Below, piece by piece: positions 20,815-30,757 of a DNA stretch of 64,000 bases (positions are counted from its first letter, which is position 1; each line of letters starts with the position of its first letter). The stretch lies in IMG/VR virus record IMGVR_UViG_3300014205_000024, positions 1,462-65,461 of that record. One strand, 5' to 3'. The DNA is from a virus (lineage: Duplodnaviria > Caudoviricetes). A program made the position numbers and the translations under genes. The notes below the pieces were generated by a model. The model searched no databases and had not been told where the DNA came from. It was given only the letters and a program-made list of their open reading frames with translations.

Positions 20815-21315
20815 TTATCTCGGGAATGAGGTGGGGGCAAACCGTTCATCTTCTGTTTCAATCGTGACACCACCCTGATTGAGCGTTCCCAAAGGAAGCT
20901 TCTTGGAGGATGGGGGTCTTGTCAGGCGAACAGTGGGGGCTGGTGGGATGATGATGTCGCCACCAGAACTTCCTCCGCGTCCACCGGTTCCCGTATATCT
21001 GCGCTCTGTCGCGCCAACTTCGGCTTCGAGAAGACTCTTCTGGAGTGGACGGAGTTCTTTGGAGTATTGGTAGCTCTCCTGTGCGCGATTCTCAGCAGGA
21101 GCGCCCGTGATGCCACCGGTCAGACCCGAAGCAGCAGAACTAATACCCTTGGCGATGGACGCTCCGAATTCCTTGGTTCCTTCCGCGAGGCTCTGGTAAT
21201 CCACCGGAGGGGCGATCTCCGAGCCGGGACGGAACTCCAAAGGACGATAGGCGGGGGCCTCGAATGAGCCTCCCCGTGACGGGGCGATCCTCGGAAGGTA
21301 ATCAAGAAGGCTCAT
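20815..21315 (-). CDS. putative internal virion protein
   Basis: G/S/A-rich, position before giant protein. Confidence 0.55.
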   Translation of the reverse strand: MSLLDYLPRIAPSRGGSFEAPAYRPLEFRPGSEIAPPVDYQSLAEGTKEFGASIAKGISSAASGLTGGITGAPAENRAQESYQYSKELRPLQKSLLEAEVGATERRYTGTGGRGGSSGGDIIIPPAPTVRLTRPPSSKKLPLGTLNQGGVTIETEDERFAPTSFPR

Positions 21316-21316
21316 A

Positions 21317-21745
21317 TCAGCGGTAGGTTCGAGTATTGACGCCCTGCTTACTCAGAAGGGTGTTCGATTGCCCAAGGTAACCAGTTCCCTGTCCGCTTTC
21401 AAGCGAGGAATCATACTGCTTTTTGAGTTCGTCCTGCACCTTCTGGAACCCGGCAAGCTGCCGTCCTTTGTCCACCCCGGAAGTATCCACTCCGGTTCCT
21501 GTGGCTCCAGCGGCTGCGGCTGCGGCACGGGCGGCATCGGCATCGGCCTGAACGGCACGCTGACGCTCCATCGCTTGGGCTTGGGACTCGGCTGACTGAG
21601 TGGATTTCTCCTTCTCAATGCGTGCCTGTTCCTGCTGCCAGCGCAACTCTTCGCGTTCAGCATTCTGCCGTGCTGTTTCGGCTTGAATACGGGCGGCGGC
21701 TTCCGCTCCCGAGTCGATTGTTCTTCCTGATCCACCGAAGCTCAT
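21317..21745 (-). CDS. putative internal virion protein
   Basis: MSFGGSG start, coiled coil. Confidence 0.6.
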   Translation of the reverse strand: MSFGGSGRTIDSGAEAAARIQAETARQNAEREELRWQQEQARIEKEKSTQSAESQAQAMERQRAVQADADAARAAAAAAGATGTGVDTSGVDKGRQLAGFQKVQDELKKQYDSSLESGQGTGYLGQSNTLLSKQGVNTRTYR

Positions 21746-21760
21746 AGTTTTATCTCCTAA

Positions 21761-22405
21761 TTATGCTGTGGGTTTATTGGATTGCTGGCGTGTCGTCACA
21801 CTGTTACCACCCAACTCTCTCCCGAGAGCACCCTTGGTATTCTTCATCTGAATCACACCTTTGTAGAAATCTGAAAGTCCACTGGAAGACGATGCTCCAC
21901 CTCCGACAGTTGATCCGATTGTGCTGGCCACCCCAGCAAGCTGCTCGGCCTTGGCCGCTTCCTCTGCCTGTTTTGCACGGGCAGCTTCAACTTTACGGGC
22001 ATCAGCTTCGAGAGGCGCATTCATTTGCTTGCGCAGACCCTCGGCCCAGTTGACGAGTTCGGTGTATTGGGAACCAACGAATTCTTTATCCGCCCCGAAC
22101 TTACCCACATCAGGGGTGACGTTGAGGACATTCTCCTGATCCTTGGTCACGGCACTCAGGATTCCCTTTTGTGTGTCGAGTTGACGCTGGAGGCGCAGGG
22201 TTTCGGGATTGATCGTCTGGCCACTGGCCGCGTAACGATTGAAGGCTGATTCGATCAGTCCTTCGGTTTTATTCACATCACCAATAACACCCGTTCGCAC
22301 GGTCTGTTGCTTGGCAAGTTCCTGCTCCTGCACCAAACGGCGACGTTCGTTTTCCAGTGCGATTGCGCTCTGGTCTAGTGCTCTTTGCTGTTGATCAAGG
22401 CTCAT
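21761..22405 (-). CDS. putative internal virion protein
   Basis: Q/E-rich coiled coil in ejection-protein block. Confidence 0.6.
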   Translation of the reverse strand: MSLDQQQRALDQSAIALENERRRLVQEQELAKQQTVRTGVIGDVNKTEGLIESAFNRYAASGQTINPETLRLQRQLDTQKGILSAVTKDQENVLNVTPDVGKFGADKEFVGSQYTELVNWAEGLRKQMNAPLEADARKVEAARAKQAEEAAKAEQLAGVASTIGSTVGGGASSSSGLSDFYKGVIQMKNTKGALGRELGGNSVTTRQQSNKPTA

Positions 22406-22406
22406 G

Positions 22407-23216
22407 TCAGGACTCCGTTTCGATGTAGCCGGATTGGGCCGCAGGGTTTATCTCACGAAAACTGGCATGGATATTTTTTACCTTCGCCCCGATTTTGGGG
22501 CAATGAACCGTGCTGGCAAGGTTTTTGTTGTAGCAGTGGTTACAGTGGCGGTAAAAGTCCGGGTTGAAAGTCTTGTCTTCCAGCGACTGTCCATCCGGCG
22601 CATAGCGCAGCAGGTTCATGGGAATGTCGTTTTCCTTGTGGAAGTCCCATACGTCCTGATCCGTCCAATCGATCAGCGGGAAGGTGAGGTCGGGGTCTGG
22701 CCGGGGCTGGAACACATGCTCGTTCTCGATCTTGATCCTCCCGTAGTTCAGGTCTTCGTCCGTGGCCTTATGTCCGATCAGGAGCAAATCCCATCTCCAC
22801 TGGTAATTGCCCAGCGGACGTTCGAGGAAGACATCTTTGCCGCAGTGGTAGGGAAGTCCGTCCTCGGGCACCACCCAACCGATGGGCATGTAGATTCCGA
22901 AGTTGCCCGTGCAATAGGTATTGATCACCTCAGTCCTGCCGTTGCTATGGAGTAGTCCGGTTGCCGATGGGGGGATGTCGGAGATCACGTTTAGGTTCCA
23001 CTCCGATATGATGCGGTCTGCAAATGTCCACTTGCGAGGGTCAACACTCTGACGGAAGCAGATCAGGTCGATCTTACTCAGGTCATACCACTGCTTGAGC
23101 ATGTAGAGCAGCACCATGCTGTCCTTGCCGAAGCTGCAAAGCAGGGCCGGTTTCCGATGTGACCCGAGGGCCGCATCAATCGCCGTGCATGCCGAGTTGA
23201 TCAGTTCTTGTTTCAT
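22407..23216 (-). CDS. PAPS-reductase-family (PP-loop) protein
   Basis: CSFGKDSMVLL PP-loop; FPLIDWTDQDVWDF; C-terminal CNHC...HCP. Confidence 0.85.
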   Translation of the reverse strand: MKQELINSACTAIDAALGSHRKPALLCSFGKDSMVLLYMLKQWYDLSKIDLICFRQSVDPRKWTFADRIISEWNLNVISDIPPSATGLLHSNGRTEVINTYCTGNFGIYMPIGWVVPEDGLPYHCGKDVFLERPLGNYQWRWDLLLIGHKATDEDLNYGRIKIENEHVFQPRPDPDLTFPLIDWTDQDVWDFHKENDIPMNLLRYAPDGQSLEDKTFNPDFYRHCNHCYNKNLASTVHCPKIGAKVKNIHASFREINPAAQSGYIETES

Positions 23217-23962
23217 CAGAAGATCGCCGCTCCACCGATGGCACCGACGGCACCGATACCCGCACCGATAAGCTGTCCGGTCATGGCCATCTTGGCTCCG
23301 CGCATGGCGTTGTCAGCCGAAGCCGCACCCGCACCCCACTGCTGGATTGCCGCTTGCATGCGCTGGTCTTGGTTGTTTTTGTCCACTAGATTCTGTCGGT
23401 TGATGCCGACCAATCCGGCTGCCTTGTTGTTTCGGGCATCCATTCTGGCCTGATCGGTGGCGTATTTGTAGCCCACCAGTTCACCCGCATTGGGGATGAC
23501 CCTTTCTGTCTCGCCCTGATTGAGCGAGAAAGCAGCCTGATCCTGCTGCTTGTCCCGGTAGTCCAGAAGCCCACGGCCCAACACGTTCCCGGTAGCCGAG
23601 GCTCCCCGGCTGAGTCCTCGATAAATGTTCTGACCTTGGCTCAGGGCGCTGGCCAAACCGGACTTGGTGAGTTCGTCTTTAACGTATTGATCCGGCCCCT
23701 TGAGGTCGGCCAAGGTTTGGGCCTTGAGTTCGTCCCTGATTCCCGCATAGGGATCAAGTTCAGGGTTATTCTTTCGCACCATGTCTGCATACTTTTGCAG
23801 TTCGATGGTGTCTTCCATCATCTTCTTGGGATCGAAGTTGGCAACCTCAGGATTGTAATACTTTTGATAGGCATCAGCCTGTGTCTGAGCCCAATCGTTA
23901 TTGGCTTTGTCCGCAACGGCAAATGCCTGTGGACTTGAATAGGTTGATGCTGATCCGCCCAT
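23216..23962 (-). CDS. DNA ejection/pilot protein
   Basis: MGGSAS start; Gly/Ala-rich hydrophobic C-terminus GAGIGAVGAIGGAAIF. Confidence 0.7.
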   Translation of the reverse strand: MGGSASTYSSPQAFAVADKANNDWAQTQADAYQKYYNPEVANFDPKKMMEDTIELQKYADMVRKNNPELDPYAGIRDELKAQTLADLKGPDQYVKDELTKSGLASALSQGQNIYRGLSRGASATGNVLGRGLLDYRDKQQDQAAFSLNQGETERVIPNAGELVGYKYATDQARMDARNNKAAGLVGINRQNLVDKNNQDQRMQAAIQQWGAGAASADNAMRGAKMAMTGQLIGAGIGAVGAIGGAAIF

Positions 23963-23963
23963 A

Positions 23964-24374
23964 TTATGTTCCCTCGATTTTGGTAGGACACGGCGCGGCA
24001 TAGATTTCCATGTTGCGCCGGATCATTCCGAGTTTTTCCAAAAGGTGTGGTGTAAAATTGGCCTCTCCAAGAGGGACGGTTACATAGCCGGGGGGACGAT
24101 CTTCCAGTGCGCCTGATACCTGACCATGTCCAAGCACCCGCTTCATGGTTTCAATGGTGATTGCCGGGTTTGATTTGCCGGGATGGAATGCGAAGAAGTG
24201 GACGGGTGCCATGGTCATTTGCACATAGCCAACAAGCTGTCCGTCCTTCTGCACGGCAAGGATCGGTTCCTCAAAGTCGGCATCATGAAGTTTGTGCCGG
24301 AAGGACAGGGCAAATTCTTTCAGCCGTGCTTTATCGGCATCCGTTTTAACAAGGATGAATTCCAAGTTCTGCAT
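23964..24374 (-). CDS. GNAT-like acyltransferase (virion-associated)
   Basis: KDGQLVGYVQ...LEKLGMIR pattern; position between nozzle and ejection proteins. Confidence 0.55.
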   Translation of the reverse strand: MQNLEFILVKTDADKARLKEFALSFRHKLHDADFEEPILAVQKDGQLVGYVQMTMAPVHFFAFHPGKSNPAITIETMKRVLGHGQVSGALEDRPPGYVTVPLGEANFTPHLLEKLGMIRRNMEIYAAPCPTKIEGT

Positions 24375-24384
24375 AATCAACACC

Positions 24385-26448
24385 TTAGAGGGCCTCCTTT
24401 TTCCCAGCAATACTTATCGTGGGCTGTGACTCGTAGCTTTGAGTGTTTCTTGAGCAGGGAAGGCAGTCACTGCAATTCGTATCCTCCGTCCAAGCCACCG
24501 GGATCGAGGAATAAAACCTCTCACGGAACTTGGGGGTGAGCGGCATGGCAAAAGCATAGGCACTGTAGGAAGAATCGACAACGGCTGGGGCTGTTGGGCT
24601 CTTGGTGTATTTCGCGCCGACCCTCGGGATTCTTAGAGACTTTCCAGCCTCTGTCAGAAGGTTGTAGGAGTCCTCGGGCTTCACAATGGAGCCCACCGAC
24701 TTCTCGTTCCACGGCTGGAGCATCATCCGGTAAACCTCGATAGCCCCTTCACCGCACCACTCAAAGAGCATGCTGAATGCGCGGCCAATGCTGGAATTCC
24801 AGTTGGTTTCCACGGAAAAGTCTCTGTCAATGTCCTTCACTTCCTCTGTGCTGAGTCTGCGGGACTGTGGACGGAGTCCAGTCAGGCCCACGATCTCGTC
24901 CAAAAGCGGATTGGTGCTATTGAAGTTGTCCACTTGGGCGTTGATCTCGACTTCCATGATCTTCTTATAAGTTCCCTGTGTGGAAGCATAAGATGCCCTG
25001 AAATAAACGTCATTCTTGAGTTCGCACAGGTCGATGTCGGCATACTTGATCTGCTTCAAGTCCATCCCATCCCCATGCTGCTTGGTTTCGACGGCGCAGT
25101 AGATTCTGGAGCGTTTTTCCTGCACTTCTCCACCGTCATCCACCTCAAAGTAAACATCCCGTCGCTCGGGCTGAAAGGATTCCCAAATCTGGTTGAAGCT
25201 TTGTGTGCCTTCGGTGGCCTGATACCCAATGCTGGCGTGGAAGATGTGCAGGCGTCCGTCAATTCGTGCGCTGGTCCACTGGATCGGACGGGTCCCGGTC
25301 CATACCCCGTTCCAAGCCATGATCCCTTCCTTGTCGGTGTCGCTGTAGGAGGGAGAACTGTCTAGAACCATCGTGTGGTTGTTTAGTCCGTCGCCAGAAG
25401 GCACACTGATCAACAGGTAACCCTCAAAAGAAGCCGCACAGATTCCGTCGATGTTGTCCGCAAGCTTCGCCCTGCTGATAGCCATAGCGGTATCACGATA
25501 TTTGACAGCACTGGTCAAAAAATTGGCAGATGCGGAGTCGTATCCGATCAAACCACCCCTCGAATACCACCAAAGAAAGCCCGAGTGGTTGACGATGGAG
25601 CGTCCCGCCACACATCCGATGTCCGGATAAACCAAACTGGAGAAGTCGGTAGTCGTATCCCATGTTTCGCGGTCCAAGATGTAGCTCTTGATCGTGTGAG
25701 TGCTGGATTCGGTGAAAACCATGAGGGCAGATTGCCTGTTCTCCGTGGTTCCATTCTCCAAGCCTGTAATAAAGTTGTCGTATTTCTCGTCGCCACGCCC
25801 GGTTCCAGTCAGCCGTTCCTTGAAGGTCAAGGGATCGGCAAGATCAGATGCAAGGACAGCGTTCTCACGGGCAATCCACAGTCTGCTGCCAGACCACTTC
25901 ATCCACGTTCCCGTGGGAGTCTCGTAAGCGGGTTCCGTCTCGTCTAGAAGGGCCGCCGTTTCCCCGTCCCAGTAGCCAGCGGGACCGATCCCATCCTGCA
26001 TGACAAGCACGGAGTAGGTTGGAACAATGGTGACTGCGCCTTGGGCCTGTCCTGCGCTTTTTTCACATGCTGCCCAGTAAACCATCTTGGCTGTGGGTTT
26101 GAAAAAGACCCCGTTTAACCGATAGGCATCCCAGTTTTTTGGCTGGGCGGTTCCGAAAGCGATGGCATAGACGATTCCATTCACCGAAAAGATATGGTAG
26201 GTCGTTGCTTTAATCCCATCTTTCGAGGTGGTGAATGTGGTATATCCTTGGAAGTTCCCATCGGGAACCACATAGATCAACTTGTGGCCATAACGGGTCT
26301 GGAGAACGCCACCCCGGTTGACGACGTTGATGCCCCACCGGAATTGGCTATCCTTGAGAAGCCATGGCATACGCAGGGAATCGCAACCGTCGAACCACCC
26401 GGCTCCAGCTTTTTCGTCCCTGCTCTTGGCTTGTTCTTCTGGGCGCAT
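24385..26448 (-). CDS. tail nozzle (tubular protein B / P22 gp10-like beta-propeller)
   Basis: GVLQTRYG, GSRLW, SDLADP, GCVAGRSI motifs; synteny. Confidence 0.8.
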   Translation of the reverse strand: MRPEEQAKSRDEKAGAGWFDGCDSLRMPWLLKDSQFRWGINVVNRGGVLQTRYGHKLIYVVPDGNFQGYTTFTTSKDGIKATTYHIFSVNGIVYAIAFGTAQPKNWDAYRLNGVFFKPTAKMVYWAACEKSAGQAQGAVTIVPTYSVLVMQDGIGPAGYWDGETAALLDETEPAYETPTGTWMKWSGSRLWIARENAVLASDLADPLTFKERLTGTGRGDEKYDNFITGLENGTTENRQSALMVFTESSTHTIKSYILDRETWDTTTDFSSLVYPDIGCVAGRSIVNHSGFLWWYSRGGLIGYDSASANFLTSAVKYRDTAMAISRAKLADNIDGICAASFEGYLLISVPSGDGLNNHTMVLDSSPSYSDTDKEGIMAWNGVWTGTRPIQWTSARIDGRLHIFHASIGYQATEGTQSFNQIWESFQPERRDVYFEVDDGGEVQEKRSRIYCAVETKQHGDGMDLKQIKYADIDLCELKNDVYFRASYASTQGTYKKIMEVEINAQVDNFNSTNPLLDEIVGLTGLRPQSRRLSTEEVKDIDRDFSVETNWNSSIGRAFSMLFEWCGEGAIEVYRMMLQPWNEKSVGSIVKPEDSYNLLTEAGKSLRIPRVGAKYTKSPTAPAVVDSSYSAYAFAMPLTPKFRERFYSSIPVAWTEDTNCSDCLPCSRNTQSYESQPTISIAGKKEAL

Positions 26449-26452
26449 GGCA

Positions 26453-29400
26453 TTATTCCATGTGATCGGAAGGATTGGTTCCGACCCGGTCATTGACTTG
26501 GAGCAGTGCCACAGCGGGTCCCTCTTCGATGATCTTCTCGTCTTCCAGAAGACCAACCGCAGTGTCCATCATTTTCCCGCCCTGCTCCACAAAGTTGTCG
26601 CGCATTAGTTCGAGCGCCCTGACGGCAAAGACAATGGCCATGCTGCTGGAAATCGGGATGAAGTCATTCTCGCTTTGGATGCGGAAGAACCGTTTCTTGT
26701 ATCGAATCCGAATCCATGTCTGACAGGAGTTCGGGATTCTAATCCGCCGATACTGGGGCAGGGTTTCAAAGGGTTGCAGTTCACCGATCACGGTGATGTT
26801 GTCATTGCGCCCGGTATCCCATGCGTAGATTCGCATGACCCCATCGGAGAGTTCCTTGTGGATTCGCTCGATTCTGGAAACCAGATAATTGGGGATAATT
26901 TGAACCAAGGAATTATTGGGTTCTCCCTCGCTGGTGTAGGAGAGCCGTCCGGTGATAGCTTCGAGATCGGTCGCGTGTTCTGCTGTGTCATAAAGTTCGA
27001 TTTGTCCATCATTGATCCGACGCACGTAGTAATCCTGAACCAAGATTGGCGAAGGAAGGGTTCCGGTGGTTTCAATCGTCACCAAGTCCCCGTTGATGTA
27101 GTTGTTGGAAGGAACCTCCAGAGTGGTGGATGCCACAGGATTGAACTCCGCTTCAATAACAACGGCATGATCGCCGGAACCAATGTTGTTGATGTTCACA
27201 ACGGTTTCGGAAATGTCTTTGAGAGTAACAGACTCTCCATTGACCACGGCGATGTAGGTCGTTGAAGTGGTGAATGGGGCCGGAAGTGTTCCGGTGGTGA
27301 TCAGGGTAACCTGCGCACCGCTCTTGATGTAAGAACCGTCAGGAATGCGGAAGTTGGTAGAGGCCGGAACGGTATCAACTCCACGCTCACGAACAACGTA
27401 GAAGATGCCCTCTCCGAATCCAAGGATCAGGAGCTTGGCAGCATCCACAATGCCTTCGGTAACCGTGGTTGTCGGTTCGTTGGGGCCGACTGAGGTATAG
27501 GTAAAATGGTCGGCATCCGTCACGGTGACTTGGACTCGCTCGACATTATAGGCGTTAGGGGTATTGGCATATCCATTCACCACAGTTTTTGGAGTGATGG
27601 TCGCACCGGAACCCGTGGTCACCGTAAGTGTCAGGGTGCTCAAAAGCGTGAAGCCAGATCCGGGATAGTTGATGGTCACATCAACCAGCTTGCCCGTATT
27701 GACAGCGAGTGTTCCAGAACCCGTAGTTCCAAGACCCGAGATCGAAACGGTTTCTCCGTTGACGAACCCGCTTCCACCATCGGAGATTGAGATCGCTTTG
27801 ATCTGTCCTGCGTTGACGTTGCTGGTTGTCCCAACCTTGAGCACGGCACCCGATCCTCCAGCACCCGTCATCGTCAAGCTTTCCAAGGCAATGAATCCGT
27901 ATCCAGCACTGGTGACAGCAACTGCGGTAATCGGGTTTCCACCACCACTGACAGTGATGATGCCCGTGGCAACTGCGCCACTGGTGTCGCCCGTCAGTGT
28001 GACTGTGGTGTTTGTGGTATATCCGGTTCCACCGGAATTTACGGTAACTGTGGCAAGTGCATTCGATCCGTCGTAGGTCACAATACCCTTGGCGATCTTT
28101 CCGGTTCCGCTGCGCAGAGTGGTTTCCATACCAACCGCCCATCCTGATCCGCCCGAGTTGACGGTGACTCCGGTGGCGGGAGAAGCCTTAACCGTCCCGG
28201 TGGCGGTCTTGCCAGATGAAGTGATTGTGGCGGTTTCCCCGTCCACATAGCTCGAACCTTGAACGGTGACGTTGATTTCGGTAAGTGCTCCATTGAGGGT
28301 TTCAGCAACCCCGGCAACCTCGACATAATCATTGGTCACAAACCCATGGCCCACAACTTGGAGGGTGGCCACGTCGGATGCCCTGCCCCGCTGGCTAACA
28401 GACTTCGGACTGAACAACGATCCAGCCTCGGACTCGTAGAGTTCGATCTGCTTGTCATCGATCTTACGGACGTAGTATTGGGCGTCAGGGTCAATCGTCG
28501 GCGTGGCCTGAGGGAAAGCAACCGACGTATCCAGCTTCACGGTAGTTCCCGTGGAGAGGTTGGTGGCATCGGTTTGGATGACTCCAGTAAATCCCGTTGA
28601 GAACACCCGGCTGACGACAATCAGAAGCTGTCCACCACCGGAACTCAGGAAGCTGATCTCCTGTCCAGCCGTAGTTTCAACGGTGAACGTGTCGGTGGAT
28701 ACCGGACCTTTGACCCGATACACCGTGCTCTGGGCGAGCGTTCCGATGCTGCCGCTTCCCGGTGGGATTTCGACAGACGGGAATGCCCCACTACTGGAGA
28801 ATTGGACATAGTCGCCCACAGTCAATCCATGACTAGGAGAAGTAATCTGGCTGGTTGTTCCAATGGAAGCCGTGGCATTGGCCGTCTTGACGAGAGAAGA
28901 AACCCCGCTTCCCGCTCCGGTCAGGGCAATCGGATCGGTTCCGGCATTTGCACTGGCGAGCGTGTAGTGGAGAGTAACCGTCTTGCTGTCGATATAGCGG
29001 ACGTAGTAGGAAATGTTGGGGACCAGAGGGGGAGGAACACCACCCGATGGACTCACCACGGTCACTTGGTCGCCCTGCTTTAAGTTGTGTGGAACTTGGA
29101 AGCTGAACCGGGTGATCGGATTGGAAATCTCTTTGAGTCGGGCAACCACGGAAGAACCCGCATCGGTCATGTTGATGGGATCGACATTGTTCTCGGCGTC
29201 TGTTTTTGAGGCATGCACCGTAAAGCTATTCGCATCCACTACTCTGGCATAGTAGTCGGTATCTTCGACCAGCGGAGTAGGGAGAATAAATCCACTGATT
29301 TCAAGGAGTGATCCCGTGGAAAAGAGATGTGGAGTGGGGCTTTGGAAAAGAGTTTCCACTTCGATTTTGCGTTCGTCCCTGAGATTAAGAGTTGATCCCA

Positions 29401-30172
29401 CATCAATAGAACTGAATTGAACAGCCCCGCTTCCAGTCAGTGCGCCACTACGGGTGACATGGAGCGTCACCGTGTCGCCGTCAACCCGCAGGTAGTATCC
29501 GGTATCCGCAAGCAATGGACTGGGAATTGGAGGAACTGTGGCAGTCAGGATGGCAAGCTGCCCGGTCATGAAGCTGTTGTTTGAAGAAGCCAAGTCCAGC
29601 ATGGAAAGCGGAGTGATGGTGAAGTCTCTCACGAACCTGCGATCAGGATCGTCGATGATCATTCCGTCGGCGTAGTCTGCGAGGATGTTGATCGGGAGAT
29701 AGAATCCGTCAATGAACGATCCATCGGGATTCTGGCTTCGGATGTAGCGACCTTCTTGGTCATAGCCAATCACCCTGATTTTTCGATTGAGGTCGGTCTG
29801 GAGGTCGGCTACGCAAATCAACCTGCTGGGCTCAATCATGTCCCGGAACGTCGCGAACCTTCCCGTATCATCCCAAGTGTAGTTCACCCGCTGCATTCCA
29901 GCGTCCCCATTGATATGGAACTCGGCCCACTTGTTGCGCATGATCATGGGCTGGCCATCGATCATCACAGCAAGCGGAGTGTCCACATCCCACGGAAGCG
30001 TGAAGGTTCCTCTATCCGTAGCGGCACAGATGTCCACATAACCAAGGCAAGGATTCCATCTTCCCTTATTGGAGAGAACGGTTACCGCATCGGTCAACCT
30101 GCGAAAGATTGTGGCGTCATCTGCACGACCCAAAATCTCCCGGATGTCGGGCATGATTTCGGAAACGAGCAT
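26453..30172 (-). CDS. head-tail adaptor (tubular protein A-like) with ~900-aa repeat insertion
   Basis: Helical N-terminus plus FTLPWD; C-terminus IRIRYKK...MAIVFAVRALE; eight H-x-G-D...YYV..D...L modules between. Confidence 0.7.
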   Translation of the reverse strand: MLVSEIMPDIREILGRADDATIFRRLTDAVTVLSNKGRWNPCLGYVDICAATDRGTFTLPWDVDTPLAVMIDGQPMIMRNKWAEFHINGDAGMQRVNYTWDDTGRFATFRDMIEPSRLICVADLQTDLNRKIRVIGYDQEGRYIRSQNPDGSFIDGFYLPINILADYADGMIIDDPDRRFVRDFTITPLSMLDLASSNNSFMTGQLAILTATVPPIPSPLLADTGYYLRVDGDTVTLHVTRSGALTGSGAVQFSSIDVGSTLNLRDERKIEVETLFQSPTPHLFSTGSLLEISGFILPTPLVEDTDYYARVVDANSFTVHASKTDAENNVDPINMTDAGSSVVARLKEISNPITRFSFQVPHNLKQGDQVTVVSPSGGVPPPLVPNISYYVRYIDSKTVTLHYTLASANAGTDPIALTGAGSGVSSLVKTANATASIGTTSQITSPSHGLTVGDYVQFSSSGAFPSVEIPPGSGSIGTLAQSTVYRVKGPVSTDTFTVETTAGQEISFLSSGGGQLLIVVSRVFSTGFTGVIQTDATNLSTGTTVKLDTSVAFPQATPTIDPDAQYYVRKIDDKQIELYESEAGSLFSPKSVSQRGRASDVATLQVVGHGFVTNDYVEVAGVAETLNGALTEINVTVQGSSYVDGETATITSSGKTATGTVKASPATGVTVNSGGSGWAVGMETTLRSGTGKIAKGIVTYDGSNALATVTVNSGGTGYTTNTTVTLTGDTSGAVATGIITVSGGGNPITAVAVTSAGYGFIALESLTMTGAGGSGAVLKVGTTSNVNAGQIKAISISDGGSGFVNGETVSISGLGTTGSGTLAVNTGKLVDVTINYPGSGFTLLSTLTLTVTTGSGATITPKTVVNGYANTPNAYNVERVQVTVTDADHFTYTSVGPNEPTTTVTEGIVDAAKLLILGFGEGIFYVVRERGVDTVPASTNFRIPDGSYIKSGAQVTLITTGTLPAPFTTSTTYIAVVNGESVTLKDISETVVNINNIGSGDHAVVIEAEFNPVASTTLEVPSNNYINGDLVTIETTGTLPSPILVQDYYVRRINDGQIELYDTAEHATDLEAITGRLSYTSEGEPNNSLVQIIPNYLVSRIERIHKELSDGVMRIYAWDTGRNDNITVIGELQPFETLPQYRRIRIPNSCQTWIRIRYKKRFFRIQSENDFIPISSSMAIVFAVRALELMRDNFVEQGGKMMDTAVGLLEDEKIIEEGPAVALLQVNDRVGTNPSDHME

Positions 30173-30174
30173 AA

Positions 30175-30375
30175 TTATTGTCCCGCATCAATTTCCTGCT
30201 GCATGGCAGCCTGTTCCGGGGTCATGCCAGCATTCATCGGAGGCATCTGACGACCGGCGGATTGCTGTGCGGTTGAGGAAATGGCCGCATCAAGCAGGGC
30301 TTGGACGGCAGTGATCGCCTCCATGGCTTGCATGAGGGCGGCTTTGGGAATTGTGATTGTAACCATTTCGTCCAT
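30175..30375 (-). CDS. hypothetical protein
   Basis: Tightly packed ORF. Confidence 0.5.
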   Translation of the reverse strand: MDEMVTITIPKAALMQAMEAITAVQALLDAAISSTAQQSAGRQMPPMNAGMTPEQAAMQQEIDAGQ

Positions 30376-30376
30376 A

Positions 30377-30757
30377 TTACTCCTTCACCTCGTCGTCGGG
30401 CTTTTCTTCGCCTTCCTCCGGGGTTTCTTTTTCAGCCTCTTGAAGGCCCTTTTCGATTTCAGATTCGTCATCGGCTTCCGGGTCTGCCACGGGGGCTTTC
30501 TTCTTTCCTTCACCAAAAGTGATGTCCAGAACTTCAAGTTCGATATTGGACTTGTTGTTCTTAATGTCCTTGCCGAGATTTTTTACCCGGTAGTTGATGG
30601 CGGCAGTTCCTTCCTCGGGCACATCGGCCAAGTCCGTCTTCACTCCATTGATGTAGAGGCACGGATACCATTCTTTTTCTTCACACACAGCAACCGTGCT
30701 GGGCGTGTCCTTTTCGGGAGTTTGTTTAAGATCGATCTTTTTCATAGAATTCCCCAT
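30377..30757 (-). CDS. hypothetical protein
   Basis: Tightly packed; acidic tail. Confidence 0.65.
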   Translation of the reverse strand: MGNSMKKIDLKQTPEKDTPSTVAVCEEKEWYPCLYINGVKTDLADVPEEGTAAINYRVKNLGKDIKNNKSNIELEVLDITFGEGKKKAPVADPEADDESEIEKGLQEAEKETPEEGEEKPDDEVKE

